64,000 nucleotides of DNA from Candidatus Latescibacterota bacterium. GTDB lineage: Bacteria; Latescibacterota; UBA2968. Shown here piece after piece: positions 40,190-50,561 of the stretch. Position numbers and translations under genes: made by a program. Within the stretch, counting starts at the first letter, position 1. Each line of letters begins with the position of its first letter. The notes under the pieces are model-generated. The model had not been told where the DNA came from. It ran no database searches and saw only the letters and a list, made by a program, of their open reading frames with translations. Location: the NCBI GenBank assembly GCA_965205975.1, contig OZ242195.1:2688001-2752000 (forward strand). The letters run 5' to 3'.

Positions 40190-40332
40190 GTCATAAAATC
40201 CGCAGAAAAAACGCGAGTGAGCGGGGTACAACTGGCCGCTTCTCAGGCCAGTTCATTTGAGCGTTTTACGCAGATGAACGCAGATGAAAGGCGAGACGGA
40301 TTGCCTTTAATGTCTCGCTTCTATCTCGCGTC

Positions 40333-40488
40333 TCACCCGCCTTTATTCCCACCCAACAAATCATTCACAAACTCATCAGCGATATCAAAACTCTCTCTCC
40401 ACGAGCAGTTGTATGTATAGCGTATAAACGCCACACCACCCAGAATCATCAAAATCGCAAATAGCGCGAGCTTAAAAAGTATCTTCAT
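40333..40488 (-). CDS. 51-aa membrane protein
   Basis: MKILFKLALFAILMILGGVAFIRY...; RBS gaggg; overlaps the end of the aroA-like ORF. Confidence 0.6.
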   Translation of the reverse strand: MKILFKLALFAILMILGGVAFIRYTYNCSWRESFDIADEFVNDLLGGNKGG

Positions 40489-41140
40489 ATTTTCCCTCTT
40501 TTGGTTGAACAACAGTAGATAAACAGGCAAATAACCCGGCGAAATCGCGGCACATATCGCCCGTATTTGACACCCGAGTTTCGCCCTCGGCTACCAATCC
40601 CGCCAGAGCAAAGGTCAATCCCATGTGGGCATCGCCGCCGGCATCGACCTCTATTCCCTCAAGGCGCACAGGCCCCTGTACCACCAGACCATCGGGCATT
40701 TCGCCTACCTTAGCCCCCATTTGACGCAAATTTTGAATCGTCAGTGCCAGACGATCAACCTCTCCCTGACGCAAATCTTCTCCATCTCGAATAACCATTT
40801 CACCTGCCGCCTGCGTACCCATCACAGCGAGAAAAGGCACTTCATCGACAAAGAGCGCGGTTTGCTCGCCCCCTATGCGCGTACGCCGCAATTCAGACCC
40901 CTGGACTTTGACCGTGCGAGTGACTGGTTTTGAGCGCGTCACCTGAATCTCCAATTGTGCATTCAACCGCCGCAACAAATCCAATGCGCGGCGGGTCTTC
41001 CAATCATCACCCACGCAGTGAAGGGTCAAATCCGACTGCGATAACATCGCCGCAGCGCCGAGCAAATACAGCGTAGTCTCGGGATCCCCCGGAACATCGC
41101 ACTCCCCAATAAGCCCACGCGCTTCCTTTACCTCATACAT
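40472..41140 (-). CDS. Half-length, degenerate EPSP synthase (AroA) homolog
   Basis: About 222 aa; GECDVPGD jumps straight to second-half motifs (VDEVP, LRQGEVDRL, GDAHMGL); catalytic motifs altered. Confidence 0.75.
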   Translation of the reverse strand: MYEVKEARGLIGECDVPGDPETTLYLLGAAAMLSQSDLTLHCVGDDWKTRRALDLLRRLNAQLEIQVTRSKPVTRTVKVQGSELRRTRIGGEQTALFVDEVPFLAVMGTQAAGEMVIRDGEDLRQGEVDRLALTIQNLRQMGAKVGEMPDGLVVQGPVRLEGIEVDAGGDAHMGLTFALAGLVAEGETRVSNTGDMCRDFAGLFACLSTVVQPKEGKYEDTF

Positions 41141-41207
41141 ACTCACGTTTTCGATCTCCCTTGGCAAATCAACGGAACGAGATTAGCACTGCCTTTAAGG
41201 GGTGGGG

Positions 41208-41277
41208 TTCGTCTATTCGTCTATTCGTCTATTCGTCTATTCGTCTATTCGTCTATTCGTCTATTCGTCTATTCGTC
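41208..41277. repeat. (TTCGTCTA)8+ microsatellite abutting the tyrA stop codon
   Basis: Eight perfect units plus TTCGTC. Confidence 0.95.
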
Positions 41278-42406
41278 ACCGCAACCGCACTTGATAATCC
41301 GCATCTCGCAAAATATCGACAGACCGCTCGGCTTCCTCCTGCTGCCCAAACCCCATCCGAATCGTCCCCCCTTCGCCTTCGCGCACCTTTAGCACTTCAA
41401 TATCCTCAATATTAACCCCTTCGTCAGATAAACGCGAGGCAACATCGGCAATCACACCGGGTTTGTCCTCCACCACCAGCAAAATTTCGTGAAGCGGATG
41501 CAAAAACCCCTTGGAATCTCTGGGAATCTCCCCGCGAATGCGGTTGGCAGAGTCAAAATCTTCTGATAGTGCTCCTCGCCCCACCTTCTCTCGTATCGCT
41601 ACAAGCGCGTCGAGATACGCATCGATCATCTCTCGAATAGGACCGGCATTCGTCTGACAAATATCTCGCCACATCGCAAACGGACTGGAGGCAATGCGCG
41701 TCAAATCGCGGAACCCACCCGCCGCCATTTGCAGGGGAAGGCCATCGACCTCATTGAGCCTGCCCACCAATCCCACGAGCGTGGTAGCCATCATCTGCGG
41801 CAAATGGCTCACCGTTGCAGCGACCCGATCATGGGTTTCGGCCTCCATACGCATAGAACGCGCACCAATGCATTGCACCAGTGCAGCAAGCGCATCCACA
41901 ATTTGATCGGGAACACCAATTGCGGGCGTAAGCACATAAAGCGCGTTTTCAAACAAAAAGGGATCGGCCGCGCCCACGCCGCTCTTTTCCGACCCCGCCA
42001 TGGGATGCCCGCCCACAAAATGCACATCTTCACGCGCAACCTGTTCTGCACATGCGACAATCGCGCCCTTGGTGCTACCCACATCTGTAATAATACAACC
42101 CGGCGAAGCCGCTTTCACGACCGAGGGCAACTGCTCCAGAATACGCACAATAGGCGAACATAAAAATACCAGATCTGACCGCTTTACGCCACTGTCCATC
42201 GCGTCGTATTCATAGCCACTGTCAATCACATCGAGCGCACGGGCCTCTCGCAGGGTCTCCGCGCGACTAATACCAATAATCTCGCGTCCAATACCCAACC
42301 GCTTAAACGCCAGCCCCAGCGACCCACCAATCAGCCCCACACCCACAATGGCAATCGTCGAATCTGTAAACGGAGGATCGTTCATACAAATAACCTGATA
42401 CGACAT
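41276..42406 (-). CDS. tyrA: Prephenate/arogenate dehydrogenase with ACT domain
   Basis: GVGLIGGS, DVGSTK, GHPMAGSE, SHLP, GFRDLTRIA, DKPGVIA. Confidence 0.95.
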   Translation of the reverse strand: MSYQVICMNDPPFTDSTIAIVGVGLIGGSLGLAFKRLGIGREIIGISRAETLREARALDVIDSGYEYDAMDSGVKRSDLVFLCSPIVRILEQLPSVVKAASPGCIITDVGSTKGAIVACAEQVAREDVHFVGGHPMAGSEKSGVGAADPFLFENALYVLTPAIGVPDQIVDALAALVQCIGARSMRMEAETHDRVAATVSHLPQMMATTLVGLVGRLNEVDGLPLQMAAGGFRDLTRIASSPFAMWRDICQTNAGPIREMIDAYLDALVAIREKVGRGALSEDFDSANRIRGEIPRDSKGFLHPLHEILLVVEDKPGVIADVASRLSDEGVNIEDIEVLKVREGEGGTIRMGFGQQEEAERSVDILRDADYQVRLR

Positions 42407-42412
42407 AAAATC

Positions 42413-43438
42413 CTAAACCAGACCCGCCAGGTCTTTCACAAACACTTCCGTATCTTCCCACCCCAGACATGGGTCAGTAATCGACTTCCCGAATATCCCC
42501 TCTTCGGGTTTTTGCGCGCCCTCCTCCAGATAACTCTCCACCATCAACCCGCGTACCACATTGTGAAGCAACGCGGAATGGCGACGGCTGCGCATCACCT
42601 CCAGACCAATACGCGGCTGTTCGGAAAACGTTTTATCTGAATTATTGTGATTGGTATCCACAATAATCGTCGGATTGCTCAACTTGCGCGTAAGATATTG
42701 CTCGGCAACATGCATCAAATCTTCGTAGTGATAATTGGGAATACTCCGCCCATTATACGACACCCCGCGCAACACCGCATGCGTCAGCGGATTGCCCGAC
42801 GTACTGACTTCCCAGCCATTGTGAAAAAATACATGCGGCATTTGCGCTGCATAAATGGCATTGAACATCACATCCAGATCGCCACCTGTCGGATTTTTCA
42901 TGCCCGCAGGCACATCGACACCGCTAATGGTCAGGCGATGGTTCTGATTTTCAACGGACCGCGCCCCCACGGCAATATAACTCAGTAAATCCTCCACATA
43001 AGGCAAATTCGAAGGATAGAGCATCTCATCGGCAGCCGTCAAATGCGACTCGCGAAAAGCGCGAATCTGCATCTGCCGAATGGTCTTAATCCCAACAACC
43101 ATATCGGGCATACCTTTGGGATCGGGCTGATGGGCCATGCCCTTATACCCTTCGCCGGTCGTGCGCGGCTTATTGGTATAAATCCGCGGCACGAGCACCA
43201 ACTTGTCCATCACCTGCTCTTGAAGCCGCGCCAGGCGATTCACATATTCGCACACCGCATCGACATTATGAGCCGAGCAAGGACCAATAACCAACAAAAA
43301 CTTATCGCTCTTGCGCTCAAAAATAGCCCGAATCTCGGCATCGCGTTCTTCTTTCTTAGCCTTCAAATCATCGGGCAGTGGCAAAACATCCTGGATTTCT
43401 TCTGCACTGGGAATGGGCTGAATCCGTTTGAAACTCAT
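42413..43438 (-). CDS. DAHP synthase, class I-alpha (AroF/G/H type)
   Basis: IGPCS, KPRT..GYKG, VGARS, SITDPCLGW. Confidence 0.95.
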   Translation of the reverse strand: MSFKRIQPIPSAEEIQDVLPLPDDLKAKKEERDAEIRAIFERKSDKFLLVIGPCSAHNVDAVCEYVNRLARLQEQVMDKLVLVPRIYTNKPRTTGEGYKGMAHQPDPKGMPDMVVGIKTIRQMQIRAFRESHLTAADEMLYPSNLPYVEDLLSYIAVGARSVENQNHRLTISGVDVPAGMKNPTGGDLDVMFNAIYAAQMPHVFFHNGWEVSTSGNPLTHAVLRGVSYNGRSIPNYHYEDLMHVAEQYLTRKLSNPTIIVDTNHNNSDKTFSEQPRIGLEVMRSRRHSALLHNVVRGLMVESYLEEGAQKPEEGIFGKSITDPCLGWEDTEVFVKDLAGLV

Positions 43439-43452
43439 GATAATTACCTTTT

Positions 43453-43728
43453 TTAAAACTCTGCGGAATCTTCTTCCAACCGCAGTGACTCATCGATAAT
43501 CTGTCTAAAAATGCGTTGTGCTGCTTCGTGACTCAAAGGACCGTTATTCAATTCGCGAATGCGGTTGAGAATCAGGGTTTCTCGGTCGGGGGCATGCAGG
43601 GGCAAACCCTCGACCTGCTTAATTTTTCCCACAGACAGCGCATACCGGGCACGCTCATTGAGCAACTCGAGAATTTGATCATCTAAGGCATCAATTTTTT
43701 CGCGCCAGAAATCCAGATCCCTCTCCAT
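43453..43728 (-). CDS. Chorismate mutase (AroQ class)
   Basis: WREKIDALDDQILELLNER...K...RE...IIDES. Confidence 0.92.
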   Translation of the reverse strand: MERDLDFWREKIDALDDQILELLNERARYALSVGKIKQVEGLPLHAPDRETLILNRIRELNNGPLSHEAAQRIFRQIIDESLRLEEDSAEF

Positions 43729-43731
43729 AAC

Positions 43732-44535
43732 CTACACACCTTCTCTCAAAGGGCCGATCAAAGACCCGACAAAAGCACCGACCTTTGAAACCAGATCGAC
43801 ATCGTTTTGGTATTCCCCCACACGACGTACAATCGCGCTACCAACCACAACCGCATCGGCATACTGCGCAATTTCCGATACATGCTCAGGCGTTGAAATA
43901 CCAAACCCAACGGCAACGGGCATATCTGTGTACTGGCATATCGCAGACACCTTGCTTTGAATTTCATCAGCCAGAGAATCGCGCTCTCCCGTCACCCCGG
44001 TGCGCGACACATAATAGACAAAACCCCTGGTATGCGACGCAATCAGCTTCATCCGATCATCGCGCGTGGTAGGCGTCATGAGAAAAATCGTATCCAGTCC
44101 ATGCGCATCCATCTGCGCTTTGTAATCGCCGCCCTCTTCCGGGGGCAGATCCAGCATCAGCACACCATCTACGCCCACATCAGCAGCGCGTTTTACAAAG
44201 CGCTCCACACCGTAGCGATGAATCGGATTATAATACGTAAACAGCACAATGGGGATTTCGGTCTCAGCCCGCACACCTGCAACCATAGACAACACGCCCT
44301 CGAGCGTGGCACCTGCATCTAAAGCGCGTTGTGACGCCTCCTGAATCACGGGACCATCGGCCAGAGGATCTGAAAAGGGAACACCCAATTCCAGAACATC
44401 CACACCGCGCCGATCCAACTCCAACACCACCTGATGCGTGGTATTTAAGTCCGGGTCACCCGCTGTAATATATGCGACAAAGCCCGTCCTGCCCGTTTTT
44501 CTCAAATCATCAAACCGCCGTCCAATCCGCGTCAT
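43732..44535 (-). CDS. trpA: Tryptophan synthase alpha subunit
   Basis: [27 protein letters not shown]. Confidence 0.97.
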   Translation of the reverse strand: MTRIGRRFDDLRKTGRTGFVAYITAGDPDLNTTHQVVLELDRRGVDVLELGVPFSDPLADGPVIQEASQRALDAGATLEGVLSMVAGVRAETEIPIVLFTYYNPIHRYGVERFVKRAADVGVDGVLMLDLPPEEGGDYKAQMDAHGLDTIFLMTPTTRDDRMKLIASHTRGFVYYVSRTGVTGERDSLADEIQSKVSAICQYTDMPVAVGFGISTPEHVSEIAQYADAVVVGSAIVRRVGEYQNDVDLVSKVGAFVGSLIGPLREGV

Positions 44536-45737
44536 CTCACTCCTTCTATAAATCGCGCCGCCTGTTGCACATCTTTGTCCCCGCGTCCCGATAAATTGAC
44601 CACCACAATCTGATCTCGACTCATCTCGGGGGCCAACCTGCAAACATGGGCAATCGCGTGAGAACTCTCCAAAGCGGGAATAATCCCTTCGGTATGACTG
44701 AGCAACTCAAAAGCACTGAGAGCTTCCTCATCCGTCGCATACGTATAAGCCGTACGCGCCATATCTCGCAAATAGCAATGCTCTGGCCCCACACCCGAAT
44801 AATCGAGACCAGCCGATACCGAATGCGTCAACGCAATTTGCCCATCATCATCTTGCAACACATAAATGCGTGCACCGTGCAAAACTCCCAAATCGCCACC
44901 ATTAAATCGCGCAGCATGCTCGCCAGACGCAATACCGTGCCCGCCGGCCTCCACGCCGATCATCTGCACATTGGTATCATCCAAAAAAGCGTGAAACAAC
45001 CCGATAGAATTGCTTCCCCCGCCCACACAGGCGACGAGTACATCGGGCAATCGGCCTTCTCTCTCCAAAATTTGAGCACGAGCTTCAACGCCAATAACCC
45101 GCTGGAAATCGCGCACAATCATCGGATAGGGATGCGGTCCCAAAACCGAACCAAAAATATAAAACGTATCCTCTACATTGGTCACCCAGTCGCGGATAGC
45201 CTCATTAATCGCATCTTTCAGCGTTTTGCTACCCGAATGGACACCCGTAACTTTCGCTCCCAGGAGCCGCATGCGAAACACATTGAGCGCTTGCCGTTCC
45301 ATATCTTCGACACCCATGTAAATTTCGCATTTGAGACCGAACATCGCCGCCACAGTTGCCGTTGCCACGCCGTGTTGCCCGGCACCGGTCTCAGCAATAA
45401 TCCGTGTCTTGCCCATTCGGTTAGCAAGCAAAATCTGCCCCATGGCATGATTGATTTTATGCGCCCCCGTATGGGCGAGATCTTCGCGCTTAAGATAAAT
45501 TTTAGGCCCGCCGAGTTCTCCTGTCAACCGCTCGGCAAAATAAAGCGGCGTGGGCCGCCCGACATACTCGCCCAAATATCGATCCAGTTCAGCCCAAAAC
45601 TCAGGATCTCGCTTTGCCTCCCGATAAGCGGCCTCCAGGTCTTCCAAGAGTGCCATAAGCGTTTCGGGCACATACTGCCCACCATAAGGCCCAAAATGCC
45701 CGTGCGCATCGGGCAAATCACTCGCGTTTACAGCCAT
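44532..45737 (-). CDS. trpB: Tryptophan synthase beta subunit
   Basis: [30 protein letters not shown]. Confidence 0.98.
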   Translation of the reverse strand: MAVNASDLPDAHGHFGPYGGQYVPETLMALLEDLEAAYREAKRDPEFWAELDRYLGEYVGRPTPLYFAERLTGELGGPKIYLKREDLAHTGAHKINHAMGQILLANRMGKTRIIAETGAGQHGVATATVAAMFGLKCEIYMGVEDMERQALNVFRMRLLGAKVTGVHSGSKTLKDAINEAIRDWVTNVEDTFYIFGSVLGPHPYPMIVRDFQRVIGVEARAQILEREGRLPDVLVACVGGGSNSIGLFHAFLDDTNVQMIGVEAGGHGIASGEHAARFNGGDLGVLHGARIYVLQDDDGQIALTHSVSAGLDYSGVGPEHCYLRDMARTAYTYATDEEALSAFELLSHTEGIIPALESSHAIAHVCRLAPEMSRDQIVVVNLSGRGDKDVQQAARFIEGVR

Positions 45738-45750
45738 ATTGTATATCCTC

Positions 45751-46728
45751 TTAAATATCCCCAACGACCTGATCGTAAAACGCCAGATACTGATCGCGGT
45801 CATCACCATCGAGCAATGCCATTGCCTCGCGGGGATGCTGGTTGTGCTGGCCCGTGATATTATAGGGCACCAGAGGCCCCCACATCATTTCGCTGCGCAA
45901 CTTGACAAAATGCTCTTCCAGCAACTTATAGACGGGACGTATCTTAAACTTGGGATTGCGCAAAAAACCGAGCAACAATTCCATGGGACAATTGCCCGCA
46001 CCGCGCCCCAATCCATCCACAGTGGCATCGATCCGATTGGCCCCTAAAATAATGGCCTCAATGGTATTGGCAAATGCCAGTTGCTGATTGTTGTGCGCGT
46101 GAATGCCCACCTCTTTGCCCGAGCCTTTGGTCGCGTCCATGTATTTTCGCACGAGCATATCGACCTGCTCGCGATACAGCGCACCAAAACTATCCACAAC
46201 GCAAATCGTGCCCACAGGGGTTTGCACCAACACTTCTAATGCCTGATCAATCTCGACATCTTGCACAGTCGAAATCGCCATAATATTACAACTCGTTTCA
46301 TACCCCTTCTCGTGGGCATCGAGCAACATTTCGACAGTCTCGGGAATCTGCTCGACATAACACGCCACGCGCACCATATCGACCACGCTCTCGCTGGCTG
46401 GCAGAATATCTTCGGCCCAATCGCTCTTGCCCGCATCGGCCATAATTGCGAGTTTCATCCCCGTCGCTTCGGGATCGTGATCCCCGGTAATTTTGCGAAT
46501 ATCCTCCTCATCGCTGTGGCGGAACGCACCAAAATCTCCTTTGGGGAACATCTCCTTGGAGTTTCGGTACCCAATTTCCATATAGTCAACACCCGCCGCG
46601 ACACATGTTTCATACACGGCTTTCACAAAATCATCATCAAAATGATGGTCATTCATCAAACCGCCATCTCGGATCGTACAATCGAGTACCTTGAGTTCCG
46701 GGCGGTAGGTAATCCAGGGTGCTTTCAT
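45751..46728 (-). CDS. DRE-TIM metallolyase, 4-hydroxy-2-oxovalerate aldolase-like
   Basis: [25 protein letters not shown]. Confidence 0.85.
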   Translation of the reverse strand: MKAPWITYRPELKVLDCTIRDGGLMNDHHFDDDFVKAVYETCVAAGVDYMEIGYRNSKEMFPKGDFGAFRHSDEEDIRKITGDHDPEATGMKLAIMADAGKSDWAEDILPASESVVDMVRVACYVEQIPETVEMLLDAHEKGYETSCNIMAISTVQDVEIDQALEVLVQTPVGTICVVDSFGALYREQVDMLVRKYMDATKGSGKEVGIHAHNNQQLAFANTIEAIILGANRIDATVDGLGRGAGNCPMELLLGFLRNPKFKIRPVYKLLEEHFVKLRSEMMWGPLVPYNITGQHNQHPREAMALLDGDDRDQYLAFYDQVVGDI

Positions 46729-46788
46729 AAAAAAAATCCTTCCTTTGGAGTTAAACAGTTAGTGAATAATTTACATGCACCTGCCCAG

Positions 46789-48045
46789 TCACGCCAACCA
46801 CCTCACCAAAAAGTAGCTGCGTTTACCGCGGCGAATCACCAGATATTTTCCAGCCAGCCTTTCATCAGTCCCTATGAGCCCCTTTGTCCAACGTTCCCCA
46901 TTGATATAAATGGCACCGGTCCTGATATCTTCGCGCGCCTGTCGCCTGGACGATGAAATCCGAGCATCCACGAGCAAATCGATCAACCCCACTTCATCGG
47001 CACCATTGAGCGCGTAAGACGGCACATCGCTAAACCCTTCTGCTATCTCCTGTTCATTCAAATCCCGCAAATTGCCGTAAAACAACGCCTCGGAAATATG
47101 CACAGCGCGATTCTTTGCGGCCACACCGTGGATAAAAGTCGTCACCTCTTCGGCCAGTACGCGCTGCGCCTCGCGCTTCTCGGGCCGCACCTCCACTTCT
47201 CGTTCCAACTCCTCTATCTGTTCGTGGCTCAAAAAAGTGAACAACTTCAAAAATTTCACCACATCGCGATCTGCTGCATTCACCCAAAACTGATAAAACT
47301 GATAGGGCGATGTCTTCTCGGGATCGATCCATAACGTTCCCGTCTCGGTCTTGCCAAACTTTGTCCCATCCGATTTTTCCAGCAGCGGGAAAGTCAATCC
47401 ATACACAGTCTTATTGAGCACGCGACGACACAATTCTATACCCGCCGTAATATTGCCCCACTGATCGCTACCCCCGATCTGAAGCTCACAGCCATACTCC
47501 CGGTTCAACGCCATAAAGTCATAAGCCTGCAAAACCATATAACTAAATTCGGTAAACGAAATCCCGGTTGAAAGACGCGACGACACCGACTCCTTGCCCA
47601 GCATATATCCCATTGAAAAGTGTTTGCCCACATCGCGCAAAAATTCAATCGTACGCAACTCTGAAAGCCAGGTATAATTGCTCACCATCAGCGCCGAATT
47701 GTGCACAGCCTTAAAATCCAGATACTTTTCCAATTGCGCGCGCTGGCTCTCGGTATATGCATGCACCACCTCCAGTGAATTCAGCTGTCGCTCTTCTGTT
47801 TTCCCGCTCGGATCGCCGATCAATCCCGTGCCCCCGCCCACGAGTGCAATGGGCTTGTGCCCCGCATCTTGAAAGCGACGCAATCCCATAATCGGAACCA
47901 GACTGCCCGCATGCAGACTATCGGCTGTGGGGTCAAATCCGCAATACAATGTCATCTGCCCCTCTGCCAAACGCCTGCGGAGCTTATCTTCATCTGTCAT
48001 CTGAAAAATATAGCCACGAAATGCCAAATCGTCTAATACATCCAC
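46789..48045 (-). CDS. tyrS: Tyrosyl-tRNA synthetase
   Basis: YCGFDPTADSLHAG, QIGGSDQWGN, KFGKT, S4 domain. Confidence 0.98.
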   Translation of the reverse strand: MDVLDDLAFRGYIFQMTDEDKLRRRLAEGQMTLYCGFDPTADSLHAGSLVPIMGLRRFQDAGHKPIALVGGGTGLIGDPSGKTEERQLNSLEVVHAYTESQRAQLEKYLDFKAVHNSALMVSNYTWLSELRTIEFLRDVGKHFSMGYMLGKESVSSRLSTGISFTEFSYMVLQAYDFMALNREYGCELQIGGSDQWGNITAGIELCRRVLNKTVYGLTFPLLEKSDGTKFGKTETGTLWIDPEKTSPYQFYQFWVNAADRDVVKFLKLFTFLSHEQIEELEREVEVRPEKREAQRVLAEEVTTFIHGVAAKNRAVHISEALFYGNLRDLNEQEIAEGFSDVPSYALNGADEVGLIDLLVDARISSSRRQAREDIRTGAIYINGERWTKGLIGTDERLAGKYLVIRRGKRSYFLVRWLA

Positions 48046-48066
48046 GTTTTTATCTCCATATTCATA

Positions 48067-48675
48067 TCACGCCTTTACGCGCGCCAAAAAATCCTTCACT
48101 TTTTTGTGATCCTTCTTTCCCGGCTCGGATTCTACGCCACTACTCGTATCCACTGAGTATGGATCAACTCGCTCAATCGCCTCCCGAATATTGTCCGGAT
48201 TTAGCCCACCGGCAAGAATAATGCGCCCATACCTTTTTGCTTCTACTGCCTTTGTCCAGTCAAAGGTCTCCCCCGTACCGCCGTAAGAACCCGCTTTCTC
48301 TGTATCCAATAAGAAAGTATTGACCAGATATGAGAGCAGAGTCTGCACATCAAAATCACATCCCACGCGAAGCGCGCGAATCACAGGAACCGCATGCCCC
48401 AGACATGCTTCGGGAGGTTCATCGCCATGCAATTGAATCGCCCGTAGCCCCGCCAACTTCACGGCTATATCAATCTCTCGCTCCGATGCATTCACGAACA
48501 CCCCTACGGGAGTCACAAATGGCGGCAAATCAAAAACAATTTCTCCGGCTTTTTCGGGTGCGATATAGCGGAGACTCTTCTCGTAAAAATTAAACCCCAG
48601 AGCATCTGCACCATGATCAACCGCGCACAGCGCATCATCCCGATTTGTAACACCGCAAATTTTAGCTTGCACCAT
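48067..48675 (-). CDS. trpF: Phosphoribosylanthranilate isomerase
   Basis: KICGVT, QLHGDE, GGTGETFDW, LAGGL, DTSSGVE. Confidence 0.97.
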   Translation of the reverse strand: MVQAKICGVTNRDDALCAVDHGADALGFNFYEKSLRYIAPEKAGEIVFDLPPFVTPVGVFVNASEREIDIAVKLAGLRAIQLHGDEPPEACLGHAVPVIRALRVGCDFDVQTLLSYLVNTFLLDTEKAGSYGGTGETFDWTKAVEAKRYGRIILAGGLNPDNIREAIERVDPYSVDTSSGVESEPGKKDHKKVKDFLARVKA

Positions 48676-49456
48676 ACCCCATCAGCTCCTGCAACTTAAC
48701 GGCAATATCCGATTCTCGCATCAAACTCTCGCCCACCAGCACCGCATCTGCGCCCGCATCTCGAAGCGCGACAACATCCTCGCGCGTATAAATACCACTC
48801 TCGCTCACCTTCAACACCTCATCGGGTATGTGATCGATCAACCCATAAGTCGTATCCAGAGACGTATCAAAAGTTTTCAAATTTCGATTATTAATCCCAA
48901 CAATCTCCGCACCCGCATCGAGCGCGACCATCAGTTCCTCGCTCTCATGCACCTCCACCACCGCATCCAGACCCAATGCCCGACTCTTCGCTATAAATGA
49001 AGACAATTCTCGAGGCGTTAAAATCGACACAATCAACAACACAGCCGAAGCCCCAATCGCGCGCGCCTCGTAAATCTGATAGGGATCAACCGTGAAATCC
49101 TTTCGCAAAATGGGCCGATCGACAACTGTTGAAATCTGAGTTAAATAATCTGCCGATCCCTGAAAAAACTTCTCATCCGTCAATACCGAAAGCGCCGAAG
49201 CCCCATTTTCCACATAAATTTTCGCAATGCCCACTGCGTCAAAATCCCCGCGTATCACACCCTTAGACGGCGAAGCCTTTTTCACCTCGGCGATCAAAGC
49301 AATATCATCCCCATCTATCAGCCCATCAAAAAACGAAGGCGGTTCCGGCGCCTCCTCAGCCAACTGCGCCATCTCCTCAAACGGCGTCTGCGCCATACAC
49401 CTGGCGAGAAACCTGCGTTTATACGCCACAATTTTGTCGAGAATATTACCGGCCAT
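48662..49456 (-). CDS. trpC: Indole-3-glycerol phosphate synthase
   Basis: IAEVKKASPSKG, LRKDF, GINNRNL, SESGI. Confidence 0.97.
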   Translation of the reverse strand: MAGNILDKIVAYKRRFLARCMAQTPFEEMAQLAEEAPEPPSFFDGLIDGDDIALIAEVKKASPSKGVIRGDFDAVGIAKIYVENGASALSVLTDEKFFQGSADYLTQISTVVDRPILRKDFTVDPYQIYEARAIGASAVLLIVSILTPRELSSFIAKSRALGLDAVVEVHESEELMVALDAGAEIVGINNRNLKTFDTSLDTTYGLIDHIPDEVLKVSESGIYTREDVVALRDAGADAVLVGESLMRESDIAVKLQELMGYGAS

Positions 49457-49481
49457 AAAATCCCACCATCCTCAGACAGTG

Positions 49482-50546
49482 CTAAAGCCAGGACCGCGGG
49501 TCTGGAACAGACACCCATCCATTTTCGCGCACAGCCTGCAACCCCGCAATACCCGGCAGTGTCATATCCAGTGCCTGCATCAAATCTATCGGCGATCGCA
49601 ATCCATTCACAATCGCCTGCACAAAATCCAAAACAATGAGCATACTCGTTTTGCCGTGCCCTGCACCGAGCGCGTCCGAAAACTGGGGCAACTCGGGATG
49701 GCAACATTCTTCTCGCGTCACCTGCTCCTTATTCCCCACCGAATAATAACACACCGTTCGGGCTTCGCGAAATCTCCCCGTCTCTAAAGAACCCTCATCG
49801 CCATAAAAACTCAAGAAATGGCTCATCCCATGCACATTCTGAAACGAATTTGTCAACCTGAACACCGCGCCTTCTTCAGTTCGAAACAAAGCCGTCTGTA
49901 CCCAATCTGCTTCATACCCTTCTAAAAACTCATCTCGTCCCGATGCCGAAACAGCCATGACCTCAACCAAACGGTCACCCGTCATATTCAAATACGGCGA
50001 CGTCCCATGTGTCGGATAAAGAAGGGGTTGCAGACCATTCCGCCAGGTCGGCCGCCCATCGGAATGTCGTCTCAACGCTTTTAGACCGTGAATATACTCG
50101 GCCTCGGCATAGTAAATACGCCCCAACTTCCGCGCTTCATAAAGCGATCTCGCACGCACCACACTGGGTTCATAGACCCAATTCTCAGCCATCATATAAA
50201 TGCGATCACTTTTTGAAACGACCTCGACCAATGCCTTTGCCTCATCCATAGTCAGCGCAGCGGGCACGGCACACAAAACGTGCTTACCTGCCCGAATCGC
50301 TCGAATCACATGTTCTGCATGAAGCGGCGCGGGCGTAAAAATAGCCACCGCATCAACCCGTTCATCGGCGACCAGATCATCAAAAGCCGCATAACAAACA
50401 TCGACACCCAACTGCTCTTTTGCCTCGTCCTGTCTCTCCTCCTGAATATCACAAACAGCGACCAACTCAGTCTCGGCATACGCATCAAACACCCGCGCCC
50501 AGGACATGCCAAATCGCAAACCAGCAACACCTACAGAGAGGGCCAT
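49482..50546 (-). CDS. Gfo/Idh/MocA-family oxidoreductase
   Basis: Rossmann start, TPAPLHA, GKHVLCAVP, YAEAEYIH. Confidence 0.88.
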   Translation of the reverse strand: MALSVGVAGLRFGMSWARVFDAYAETELVAVCDIQEERQDEAKEQLGVDVCYAAFDDLVADERVDAVAIFTPAPLHAEHVIRAIRAGKHVLCAVPAALTMDEAKALVEVVSKSDRIYMMAENWVYEPSVVRARSLYEARKLGRIYYAEAEYIHGLKALRRHSDGRPTWRNGLQPLLYPTHGTSPYLNMTGDRLVEVMAVSASGRDEFLEGYEADWVQTALFRTEEGAVFRLTNSFQNVHGMSHFLSFYGDEGSLETGRFREARTVCYYSVGNKEQVTREECCHPELPQFSDALGAGHGKTSMLIVLDFVQAIVNGLRSPIDLMQALDMTLPGIAGLQAVRENGWVSVPDPRSWL

Positions 50547-50561
50547 TTTACCTCACTCCAA

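Noticed and set aside
44646..45857. 403-aa + strand ORF and similar long antisense ORFs (e.g. 15456-16583, 28090-29121, 14660-15523)
   Set aside because: Shadow frames opposite well-supported genes, with no recognisable motifs
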